The notes beneath the pieces were generated by a model. That model searched no databases. It saw only the letters and a list, made by a program, of their open reading frames with translations, and was not told where the DNA came from. Shown here in pieces: positions 17,352-25,074 of a DNA stretch of 25,074 nt (positions within the stretch are counted from its first letter, which is position 1; the number at the start of each line of letters is the position of its first letter). The position numbers and the translations under genes were made by a program. Origin of the DNA: a virus (Duplodnaviria; Heunggongvirae; Uroviricota; Caudoviricetes); the IMG/VR virus record IMGVR_UViG_2684622619_000026; one strand, written 5' to 3'.

Positions 17352-17848
17352 TGCCGGTAATTAACACGCATCAGAATATCGCCGCCTTTCTCGACATGCT
17401 GGCCGTGTCCGAAGGGACGGCGAATCATCCGCTGACGAAAAACCGGGGCTATGACGTGATAGTCACCGGACTGGACGGAAAGCCGGAAATTTTCACCGAC
17501 TACAGTGACCACCCGTTCGCGCATGGCCGACCGGCGAAGGTGTTTAACCGTCGCGGTGAAAAATCCACGGCCTCCGGTCGCTATCAGCAGCTTTACCTGT
17601 TCTGGCCGCATTACCGCAAACAGCTTGCCCTGCCGGATTTCAGTCCGTTGTCACAGGACAGGCTCGCCATTCAGTTGATCCGCGAACGCGGTGCACTGGA
17701 TGACATCCGGGCGGGACGCATTGAGCGTGCCATTTCACGCTGTCGCAATATCTGGGCGTCCCTGCCGGGTGCCGGTTACGGTCAGCGTGAGCATTCACTG
17801 GAAAAACTGGTCACCGTCTGGCGTACCGCTGGCGGCGTACCGGCTTAA
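17351..17848 (+). CDS. K: endolysin K (lysozyme-like)
   Basis: 165 aa; position between holin and lysA/lysB; ATGA overlap with Y; sequence recognised as P2 gpK-like. Confidence 0.85.
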   Translation: MPVINTHQNIAAFLDMLAVSEGTANHPLTKNRGYDVIVTGLDGKPEIFTDYSDHPFAHGRPAKVFNRRGEKSTASGRYQQLYLFWPHYRKQLALPDFSPLSQDRLAIQLIRERGALDDIRAGRIERAISRCRNIWASLPGAGYGQREHSLEKLVTVWRTAGGVPA

Positions 17849-17862
17849 ACGGAGTAAACACC

Positions 17863-18288
17863 ATGAAGAAATTATCCCTTTCACTGATGCTGCACGTGTC
17901 GCTGGCGCTGATGCTGGCACTGTCCCTGATTTATCCGCAGAGCGTGGCCGTCAGTTTTGTCGCTGCCTGGGCGATTCTGGCGACGGTTATCTGTGTGGTT
18001 GCCGGTGGTGTCGGGGTGTATGCCACAGAGTATGTACTGGAACGCTACGGGCGGGAGCTGCCGCCGGAATCGCTGGCCGTGAAGATTGTCACGTCGCTGT
18101 TTTTGCAGCCGGTGCCGTGGCGCAGACGGGCGGCGGCTCTGGTGGTGATGGTGGCGACGTTTATCTCGCTGGTCGCCGCCGGGTGGATTTTTACCGCGCT
18201 GATTTATCTTGTGGCGTCGCTGTTTTTCCGGCTGATACGTACGGCCTGCCGTCAGCGTTTTGAGGGGCGGGAACCATGTCAAAGCTGA
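17863..18288 (+). CDS. lysA: LysA membrane protein (lysis timing)
   Basis: 141 aa, multiple hydrophobic helices; P2 lysis cassette position. Confidence 0.75.
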   Translation: MKKLSLSLMLHVSLALMLALSLIYPQSVAVSFVAAWAILATVICVVAGGVGVYATEYVLERYGRELPPESLAVKIVTSLFLQPVPWRRRAAALVVMVATFISLVAAGWIFTALIYLVASLFFRLIRTACRQRFEGREPCQS

Positions 18289-18701
18289 TGATTGTGCTGG
18301 TTGTGTTGTTATCACTGGCGGTGGCCGGTCTGTTTCTGGCGAAGCATGAAAACGCCAGCCTGCGCGCCTCGCTGGACAGGGCAAACAATGTCGCCAGTGG
18401 GCAGCAGACGACCATCATCATGCTGAAAAATCAGCTTCATGTTGCCCTCACCAGGGCAGACAAAAACGAGATGGCGCAGGTGGCACTGCGTCAGGAGCTG
18501 GAGAACGCCGCGAAGCGTGAAGCACAGCGCGAGAAAGCCATCACGAGGTTACTCAATGAAAACGAAGATTTTCGCCGCTGGTACGGCACTGACCTGCCTG
18601 ATGCTGTGCGCCGGTTGCACCAGCGCCCCGCCTGCGCAGACGCCAGTGATTGTCGCCAACGCCTGCCCGAAAGTGAGCCTTTGCCCGATGCCGGGCAGTG
18701 A
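18276..18701 (+). CDS. lysB: LysB, inner-membrane spanin component
   Basis: 141 aa; N-terminal TM (IVLVVLLSLAVAGLFLA) followed by a charged helical periplasmic domain; overlaps the lysA 3' end. Confidence 0.75.
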   Translation: MSKLMIVLVVLLSLAVAGLFLAKHENASLRASLDRANNVASGQQTTIIMLKNQLHVALTRADKNEMAQVALRQELENAAKREAQREKAITRLLNENEDFRRWYGTDLPDAVRRLHQRPACADASDCRQRLPESEPLPDAGQ

Positions 18702-18846
18702 CCCGCAGACGAACGGCGATTTAAGTGCTGATATCCGGCAGCTTGAGAACGCGCTGGCACGCTGTGCCAGCCAGGTAAAAATGATTAAACACTGTCAGGA
18801 CGAAAACGATGCTCAAACCCGACAGCCTGCGCAGGGCGCTGACTGA
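18556..18846 (+). CDS. lysC: LysC, outer-membrane lipoprotein spanin component (embedded in +1 frame of lysB)
   Basis: Internal start MKTKIFAAGTALTCLMLCAGC with lipobox L-C-A-G-C; GAGG upstream; reading frame runs inside lysB and extends past its stop. Confidence 0.7.
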   Translation: MKTKIFAAGTALTCLMLCAGCTSAPPAQTPVIVANACPKVSLCPMPGSDPQTNGDLSADIRQLENALARCASQVKMIKHCQDENDAQTRQPAQGAD

Positions 18847-19276
18847 TGCCGTCACGGTGCTGAAAACTAACCCCGATATGCTGCGGATATTCGTGGATAA
18901 CGGGAGTATTGCCTCCACACTGGCGGCGTCGCTGTCATTCGAAAAGCGTTACACGCTCAATGTCATTGTGACCGACTTTACCGGTGATTTTGACCTGCTC
19001 ATCGTGCCGGTGCTGGCGTGGCTGCGGGAAAATCAGCCCGACATCATGACCACCGACGCAGGCCAGAAAAAGGGCTTCACGTTTTATGCAGACATCAACA
19101 ATGACAGCAGCTTTGATATCAGCATCAGCCTGATGCTGACCGAGCGCACGCTGGTCAGTGAGGTGGTCGGCGCACTGCATGTGAAGAATATCCCGGAACC
19201 TCCGCCGCCGGAGCCGGTCACCCGCCCGATGGAGCTTTATATCAATGGCGAACTGGTGAGCAAGTGGGATGAATGA
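18809..19276 (+). CDS. R: tail completion protein R
   Basis: 155 aa as for P2 gpR; position after the lysis genes. Confidence 0.8.
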   Translation: MLKPDSLRRALTDAVTVLKTNPDMLRIFVDNGSIASTLAASLSFEKRYTLNVIVTDFTGDFDLLIVPVLAWLRENQPDIMTTDAGQKKGFTFYADINNDSSFDISISLMLTERTLVSEVVGALHVKNIPEPPPPEPVTRPMELYINGELVSKWDE

Positions 19277-19721
19277 GTTTAAGCGTTTTGAAGACCGGCT
19301 GACCGGACTGACTGAATCGCTGTCACCGTCAGGGCGTCGACGACTGAGCGCCGAACTGGCGAAACGTCTGCGGCAGAGTCAGCAGCGTCGGGTGATGACA
19401 CAGAAAGCCCCGGACGGCACACCCTACGCGCCACGCCAGCAGCAGAGCGTCAGAAAAAAGACCGGTCGCGTTAAGCGAAAAATGTTTGCGAAACTTATTA
19501 CCAGTCGTTTTTTGCATATCCGTGCCAGCCAGGAACAGGCATCAATGGAGTTTTACGGCGGGAAGTCACCGAAAATCGCCAGCGTGCATCAGTTCGGTCT
19601 GTCGGAAGAAAACCGGAAAGACGGTAAGAAAATTGATTATCCGGCGCGTCCTCTGCTCGGCTTTACCGGTGAGGATGTGCAGATGATTGAAGAGATTATC
19701 CTGGCTCACCTCGACCGTTAG
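19269..19721 (+). CDS. S: tail completion protein S
   Basis: 150 aa as for P2 gpS; 8-nt overlap with R. Confidence 0.8.
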   Translation: MNEFKRFEDRLTGLTESLSPSGRRRLSAELAKRLRQSQQRRVMTQKAPDGTPYAPRQQQSVRKKTGRVKRKMFAKLITSRFLHIRASQEQASMEFYGGKSPKIASVHQFGLSEENRKDGKKIDYPARPLLGFTGEDVQMIEEIILAHLDR

Positions 19722-19753
19722 TTGTGCCATTCCTGACACCTCATCGTCACATT

Positions 19754-19775
19754 GCCGCCGGTATGACCCGGCGGC
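19754..19775 (+). terminator. GC-rich hairpin between S and V (possible operon boundary)
   Basis: Stem GCCGCCGG/CCGGCGGC with a 6-nt loop; downstream tract only moderately T-rich. Confidence 0.25.
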
Positions 19776-19787
19776 ATCCTTCCCGTT

Positions 19788-20423
19788 ATGAACACTCTCG
19801 CAAATATCCAGGAACTCGCGCGCGCACTGCGCAACATGATTCGCACCGGCCTTGTCGTCGAAACCGACCTTAACGCCGGTCGCTGCCGTGTGCAGACCGG
19901 CGGCATGTGCACCGACTGGCTTCAGTGGCTGACTTGTCGTGCCGGGCGTTCGCGCACATGGTGGGCACCTTCCGTGGGGGAGCAGGTGCTGATTCTGGCC
20001 GTGGGCGGTGAACTTGACACAGCGTTTGTTCTGCCGGGGATTTATTCCGGCGATAACCCCGCGCCGTCTGCGTCGGCGGATGCCCTGCATATCCGTTTCC
20101 CTGACGGGGCGGTGATTGAGTATGAACCTGAAACCAGTGCACTGACGGTAAGCGGAATTAAAACGGCCAGCGTGACGGCTTCTGATTCTGTTACTGCCAC
20201 GGTGCCGGTGGTCATGGTGAAAGCGTCAACCCGCATCACCCTGGACACACCGGAGGTGGTCTGCACCAACAGGCTGATTACCGGCACGCTGGAAGTACAG
20301 AAGGGCGGGACGATGCGCGGCAACATTGAACACACCGGTGGTGAACTCTCATCAAACGGTAAGGTACTGCATACCCATAAACACCCCGGCGACAGCGGCG
20401 GCACAACCGGGAGTCCTTTATGA
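19788..20423 (+). CDS. V: baseplate spike/assembly protein V
   Basis: 211 aa; MNTLANIQELARALRNMIRTGLVVETDLNAGRCRVQTGGMCTDWLQWL recognised as P2 gpV-like. Confidence 0.9.
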   Translation: MNTLANIQELARALRNMIRTGLVVETDLNAGRCRVQTGGMCTDWLQWLTCRAGRSRTWWAPSVGEQVLILAVGGELDTAFVLPGIYSGDNPAPSASADALHIRFPDGAVIEYEPETSALTVSGIKTASVTASDSVTATVPVVMVKASTRITLDTPEVVCTNRLITGTLEVQKGGTMRGNIEHTGGELSSNGKVLHTHKHPGDSGGTTGSPL

Positions 20424-20767
20424 CAGCGCGTTATCTCGGAATGAATCGCAGTGATGGCCTGACTGTCACTGACCTTGAGCATATCAGCCAGAGTATCGGC
20501 GATATCCTGCGTACACCGGTCGGCTCACGGGTGATGCGTCGTGATTACGGCTCGTTGCTGGCATTAATGATTGACCAGCCGCAGACCCCGGCGCTTGAGT
20601 TGCAGATTAAGGTCGCCTGTTACATGGCGGTGCTGAAATGGGAACCCCGCGTCACCCTGTCATCCGTCACTACTGAGCGCAGTTTTGACGGGCGAATGAC
20701 GGTCACGTTAACCGGCCAGCACAACGACACCGGCCAGCCACTTTCGTTAACCATCCCTGTGAGTTGA
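20420..20767 (+). CDS. W: baseplate protein W
   Basis: 115 aa; ATGA overlap with V; P2 order. Confidence 0.85.
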   Translation: MTARYLGMNRSDGLTVTDLEHISQSIGDILRTPVGSRVMRRDYGSLLALMIDQPQTPALELQIKVACYMAVLKWEPRVTLSSVTTERSFDGRMTVTLTGQHNDTGQPLSLTIPVS

Positions 20768-20771
20768 AACC

Positions 20772-21680
20772 ATGCCGATTATCGACCTGAACCAGCTACC
20801 CGCACCGGATGTGGTCGAGGAGCTGGACTTTGAAACCATTCTTGCCGAACGCAAGGCGACACTGATTTCCCTTTACCCGGAAGACCAGCAGGAGGCGGTC
20901 GCCCGTACCCTGACGCTGGAATCCGAGCCTCTCGTCAAACTTCTGGAGGAAAATGCTTATCGTGAGCTTATCTGGCGTCAGCGTGTGAATGAGGCCGCAC
21001 GGGCGGTGATGCTGGCCTGTGCCGCCGGTAATGACCTTGATGTGATTGGTGCCAATTACAACACCACACGCCTGATTATCACCCCGGCAGATGATTCGAC
21101 TATCCCGCCGACACCGGCAGTGATGGAGTCTGACACCGATTATCGTCTGCGTATTCAGCAGGCGTTTGAGGGCTTAAGCGTCGCCGGGTCGGTGGGAGCC
21201 TATCAGTATCATGGTCGCAGTGCTGACGGGCGTGTCGCGGATATCTCTGTCACCAGTCCGTCTCCGGCCTGCGTCACTATCTCCGTGCTGTCACGTGAAA
21301 ATAACGGCGTCGCATCCGAAGACCTGCTGGCCGTGGTGCGTAACGCCCTTAATGGCGAGGACGTCAGGCCGGTGGCCGACCGCGTGACCGTGCAGTCTGC
21401 CGCCATTGTTGAATATCAGATAAACGCCACGCTTTACCTTTACCCAGGTCCCGAAAGCGAACCCATCCGCGCTGCTGCCGTGAAAAAACTGGAAGCGTAC
21501 ATCACGGCACAGCACCGGCTTGGGCGCGACATCCGTCTGTCTGCCATTTATGCCGCTTTGCATGTGGAAGGCGTGCAACGTGTCGAACTGACTGCACCTC
21601 TGGCTGACATTGTGCTCAACAGTACGCAGGCGTCTTTCTGCACCGAATACAGCGTCGTGACCGGAGGCTCGGATGAGTGA
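20772..21680 (+). CDS. J: baseplate protein J
   Basis: 302 aa; P2 order and size. Confidence 0.9.
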   Translation: MPIIDLNQLPAPDVVEELDFETILAERKATLISLYPEDQQEAVARTLTLESEPLVKLLEENAYRELIWRQRVNEAARAVMLACAAGNDLDVIGANYNTTRLIITPADDSTIPPTPAVMESDTDYRLRIQQAFEGLSVAGSVGAYQYHGRSADGRVADISVTSPSPACVTISVLSRENNGVASEDLLAVVRNALNGEDVRPVADRVTVQSAAIVEYQINATLYLYPGPESEPIRAAAVKKLEAYITAQHRLGRDIRLSAIYAALHVEGVQRVELTAPLADIVLNSTQASFCTEYSVVTGGSDE

Positions 21681-22284
21681 TTCGCGCCTGCTGCCGACCG
21701 GCTCATCACCGCTTGAAGTCGCCGCCGCAAGAGCCTGTGCGGAAATTGAAAAAACGCCGGTCAGTATTCGTGAGCTGTGGAACCCGGATACCTGTCCGGC
21801 AAATCTGCTGCCGTGGCTGGCGTGGTCATTTTCGGTTGACCGCTGGGATGATAAGTGGCCGGAAGCGACAAAACGCGCTGTTATCCGCGATGCGTATTTC
21901 ATTCACTGCCATAAGGGCACTATTGGTGCGATTCGCCGTGTGGTGGAGCCGCTCGGCTATCTGATTGAGGTGAGGGAGTGGTGGCAGCTCAACGAGGAGC
22001 CGGGGACGTTCCGCATCGTTGTTGGCGTGCTTGAGCAGGGTATTACCGAGGAAATGTATCAGGAGCTGGAGCGTCTCGTTGCTGATGCAAAACCTGCAAG
22101 CCGCCATCTGACGGGACTGGCTATCAGTTTAAGTACAACCGGCAACATTTTTGCCGGTGCGGGATGCTATCACGGCGACGCCCTGACGGTTTATCCCTAC
22201 ACCCCGGAGGCCATTATTGTCGGAGGGGATTATTTCCCGGCCTCGGCCATTCATTTAATTGATAACCTGAGAGTAAACGCATGA
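21673..22284 (+). CDS. I: baseplate protein I
   Basis: N-terminus MSDSRLLPTGSSPLEVAAA recognised as P2 gpI-like; overlaps J and H ends. Confidence 0.85.
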   Translation: MSDSRLLPTGSSPLEVAAARACAEIEKTPVSIRELWNPDTCPANLLPWLAWSFSVDRWDDKWPEATKRAVIRDAYFIHCHKGTIGAIRRVVEPLGYLIEVREWWQLNEEPGTFRIVVGVLEQGITEEMYQELERLVADAKPASRHLTGLAISLSTTGNIFAGAGCYHGDALTVYPYTPEAIIVGGDYFPASAIHLIDNLRVNA

Positions 22285-23665
22285 CAGTGAAATACTACGC
22301 CATTCTGACTAATCAGGGCGCGGCACGGCTGGCTAACGCGACGATGCTCGGCAGTAAGCTGAATCTGACGCAAATGGCCGTTGGTGATGCAAATGGTGTC
22401 TTGCCGACACCTGACCCGGCACAGACAAAACTTATTAACCAGAAACGCATCGCGCCGCTGAATCTTCTGAGTGTTGACCCGAACAACCAGAGCCAGATTA
22501 TTGCGGAGCAAATCATCCCTGAGAACGAGGGCGGATTCTGGATCCGTGAGATTGGGCTTTATGATGATGAAGGCGTACTCATTGCGGTGGCGAACTGCCC
22601 GGAAACGTACAAACCGCAGTTACAGGAAGGCAGCGGTCGTACCCAGACTATCCGCATGATTCTGGTTGTCACGAATACCGAAGCCATCACGCTGAAAATC
22701 GACCCGTCGGTGGTACTGGCGACCCGTAAATACGTGGATGATAAAGTCCTGGAATTAAGGCTGTATGTGGATGACCAGATGAGAAACCACATTGCCGCAC
22801 AGGATCCTCATACCCAGTATGCGCAGAAACATAATCCGACATTTACCGGAGAACCAAAAGCGCCAACGCCTGCCGCAGGAAATAACACCACGCGGATTGC
22901 GACCACTGAGTTTGTTCAGACCGCTATTACCGCTCTGATTAACGGCGCGCCAGACACGCTGGACACACTGAAAGAAATTGCCGCGGCCATTAACAATGAC
23001 CCGAAATTCAGCACCACCATTAACAATGCGCTGTCAGGTAAGCAGCCACTGGATGAGACGCTGACTCATTTGAGTGGAAAGGATGTTGCCGGTCTTCTCG
23101 CATACCTTGGTTTGGGAGAAGNNNNNNNNNNNNNNNNNNNNNNNNNNNNNNNNNNNNNNNNNNNNNNNNNNTTGGTTTGGGAGAAGGTTCGGCATTACCC
23201 GTTGGTGTGCCTGTTCCGTGGCCTTCAGCCACTCCGCCGACAGGCTGGCTGAAATGCAACGGGGCGGCTTTTTCTGCTGAAGAATACCCGGAACTGGCAA
23301 AGGTTTACCCGACAAATAAATTGCCTGATTTACGTGGTGAGTTTATTCGTGGCTGGGATGACGGACGTGGAGTGGATAACGGAAGGGGATTATTGACGCT
23401 TCAGGACGGTGCGATTGTCAGTCATAACCACTATTGGGGAATCTGGACTTCACGAACTAACGACCAGACTCTGGAAAGTTTTACAGGCACCACGATTTTA
23501 AAACAAATCACGCCCCTGTCTCCGGCCATTAACTTCGATAATTACCCAATTCCCAACCCGGCTATTACAGAGGGTGGTGTTGTTGCGGCAACGACTAAAC
23601 CTGCAGGTGCGAATGAAACACGCCCACGAAATGTCGCTTTTAACTATATTGTGAGGGCTGCATAA
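22281..23665 (+). CDS. H: tail fibre protein H (constant part 22281-23121 plus currently joined variable C-terminal segment 23172-23665; interrupted by a scaffold gap)
   Basis: Constant part ends ...AYLGLGE at the gap; after the gap the frame continues GLGEGSALPVGVPVPWPSATPP...; collapsing the 15-bp duplicate flanking the Ns gives a continuous in-frame gene. Confidence 0.8.
23122..23171. other. assembly/scaffold gap (50 N)
   Basis: Run of 50 N flanked on both sides by the same 15-nt sequence TTGGTTTGGGAGAAG (23107-23121 and 23172-23186). Confidence 0.95.
23174..23186 (+). repeat. left inverted repeat / candidate recombination crossover site
   Basis: GGTTTGGGAGAAG encoding G-L-G-E at the constant/variable junction of H. 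Confidence 0.6.
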
Positions 23666-24267
23666 TGAATAACGCAGAATTAAACAGTGAATTAATTGCC
23701 ACTATGGCAGGAGAAATTACTGTTTATAACTTTGATGTCATGAGTCGGGAATATATTTCAGCTTCAACTGAATATCTTGCTATTGGTGTCGGCATTCCGG
23801 CATATTCCTGTTTAGATGCCCCAGGCGCATACAAAGCTGGTTATGCAATCTGCCGTTCTGCAGATTTTAACTCATGGGAATATGTGCCAGACCATCGCGG
23901 TGAAATCGTCTTTAGCACCGAAACAGGAGAATCAAAAGAAATCACCGCTCCGGGTGATTACCCTGATAATACAACCACTATCGCCCCGTTAACGCCATAC
24001 GATAAATGGGATGGTGAGAAATGGGTGACGGATACCGAAGCACAGCATAGCGCCGCAGTAGAAGCGGCAGAAACACAACGCCAGTCGCTGATTGATACTG
24101 CAATGGCTTCCATTAGTCTGATTCAGCTGAAATTACAGGCCGGACGGAAGCTGACGCAGGCAGAAACCAACCGACTTAACACGGTGCTGGATTACATTGA
24201 CGCGGTGACGGCAACAGATACCAGCACCGCGCCGGATGTCATCTGGCCTGAACTGCCGGAGGCGTAG
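23665..24267 (+). CDS. G: tail fibre assembly chaperone G
   Basis: 200 aa immediately after the fibre gene (ATGA overlap); C-terminal LDYIDAVTATDTSTAPDVIWPELPEA resembles the conserved Tfa C-terminus. Confidence 0.85.
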   Translation: MNNAELNSELIATMAGEITVYNFDVMSREYISASTEYLAIGVGIPAYSCLDAPGAYKAGYAICRSADFNSWEYVPDHRGEIVFSTETGESKEITAPGDYPDNTTTIAPLTPYDKWDGEKWVTDTEAQHSAAVEAAETQRQSLIDTAMASISLIQLKLQAGRKLTQAETNRLNTVLDYIDAVTATDTSTAPDVIWPELPEA

Positions 24268-24682
24268 GCCATTCAATATCTGGCGCACTGGCGGTATCGA
24301 CCAGCTCCAGTGCGTCCAGATAATCCAGCCACAAATTATATTGTGCCAGTTCCTCACCTTTCAGACGACCAATAGCGGCTTTACCGGGCCATTGCTTACT
24401 GTTCATGTATTCGTTGGCCTGGTTAATTAGTAGCTGTCTTTCTGATTCAGTAATTTCAATAAGTTCTTCATGCGTGGGTGGAGGAATATCTGCCCACGCA
24501 GGCAGCCCATCATCTCCGGCAATACGGATTTTTCCTTGTGGCGGTTCAGCCATAAACTCACTGATAATATTTTGATTTACTTCCTTAGCGTCTGATAAAT
24601 CCCATCCCTCTGATTTATATTTATCAATCATATCCACAGGGAAAAAAGCATTATGCCTTGCGCTATAAACATATTCGTTCAT
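24239..24682 (-). CDS. alternative tail fibre assembly chaperone (Tfa-prime, partner of the minus-strand fibre segment)
   Basis: Start taken at ATG 24682 (MNEYVY...; AGGGTGA upstream); C-terminus LWLDYLDALELVDTASAPDIEWPTPPAVQAR parallels the C-terminus of G; converges on and overlaps G by 29 nt. Confidence 0.75.
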   Translation of the reverse strand: MNEYVYSARHNAFFPVDMIDKYKSEGWDLSDAKEVNQNIISEFMAEPPQGKIRIAGDDGLPAWADIPPPTHEELIEITESERQLLINQANEYMNSKQWPGKAAIGRLKGEELAQYNLWLDYLDALELVDTASAPDIEWPTPPAVQAR

Positions 24683-24702
24683 ATAAATCACCCTAAATAA
24701 AA

Positions 24703-25074
24703 TTACTCACCAACAGCCCACCAACTGTAATTCATCGATACCGTGTCGCTGGTTGATGACGTTCTGTAAGCAGAATTAAAGCCGGTTAACGTTGGGCCTT
24801 CTGCAGTCATCACGAACCCTCGCCCAGCGCCTAAAGGCGCACCGCCATCACCAGAATGAGTAAGCATGGCGCAGTCCGCTTTTTTGGGGAAAGGGATGCT
24901 GAATGTAATTCTCATTGTTTGCGTCGATAATGTCGGCGTAACCGCACCACGACCATATTGCAGGATTTTCCCGTTGGGTAATTTCATCCATCCATTACCA
25001 CTGGCAAAAGAGGCCATGTCCGGTATCTGATTTTCCCCTGTCCCCACATCCCGTTTTGCCGCTTCTCCCAAACC
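24703..25074 (-). CDS. alternative tail fibre C-terminal (receptor-binding) segment, promoterless, no own start; partial at window edge
   Basis: Minus-strand frame runs from the window edge (GLGEAAKRDVGTGENQIPD...) to a stop at 24703, directly followed by Tfa-prime; shares the G-L-G-E junction with the constant part of H. Confidence 0.65.
   Translation of the reverse strand, partial: GLGEAAKRDVGTGENQIPDMASFASGNGWMKLPNGKILQYGRGAVTPTLSTQTMRITFSIPFPKKADCAMLTHSGDGGAPLGAGRGFVMTAEGPTLTGFNSAYRTSSTSDTVSMNYSWWAVGE
25062..25074 (-). repeat. right inverted repeat / candidate recombination crossover site (truncated by window end)
   Basis: Reverse complement of the window's last 13 nt is GGTTTGGGAGAAG, in frame with the minus-strand alternative fibre segment. 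Confidence 0.6.

Larger units (their letters stand above)
23172..25074. mobile_element. candidate invertible DNA segment (tail-fibre host-range switch, Mu G-segment-like)
   Basis: Bounded by inverted copies of GGTTTGGGAGAAG (23174-23186 on plus, 25062-25074 on minus); contains two alternative tail-fibre C-terminal segments and two convergent tail-fibre assembly genes on opposite strands. Confidence 0.65.

Noticed and set aside
23122-23171. N-run as a biological low-complexity or deleted region
   Set aside because: Ns are an assembly placeholder; identical flanking 15-mers indicate an unresolved contig join.
1-25074. CRISPR arrays, rRNA genes, insertion sequences
   Set aside because: No regularly spaced direct repeats with unique spacers, no rRNA-like conserved segments and no transposase-like ORFs with terminal inverted repeats were seen.

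Overview
The window is the int-proximal ~24.6 kb of a P2-like (Peduovirus-type) temperate prophage in an enterobacterial host, preceded by ~0.5 kb of probable host DNA carrying a small lipoprotein gene. Gene order is that of P2: host lipoprotein, att core, int, C repressor, cox, early/replication genes (orf78-like, B, orf80-83-like including a TraR/DksA zinc finger, rolling-circle initiator A), a cargo locus, cos, portal Q and terminase P (minus strand), then O-N-M-L-X, lysis genes (Y, K, lysA, lysB with embedded lysC), R-S, baseplate V-W-J-I and tail fibre H-G. Product names are assigned by recognising protein sequences and synteny from memory, not by database search. The main candidate system is a three-gene, AT-rich operon (6534-10223) sitting in the slot where P2 carries tin/old: an alpha/beta-hydrolase effector-like protein, a small protein, and an SMC/Rad50-like ABC ATPase with a central CxxC motif. 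This is the architecture of Lamassu/ABC-three-component anti-phage systems, but the family cannot be confirmed without profile searches. The second notable structure is at the 3' end: the tail-fibre gene is split into a constant part and two alternative C-terminal segments on opposite strands, each with its own assembly chaperone, bounded by inverted copies of GGTTTGGGAGAAG. This looks like a Mu G-segment-like invertible host-range switch; the 50-N scaffold gap and the window end both fall exactly on this repeat. No tRNA, rRNA or CRISPR array was found.
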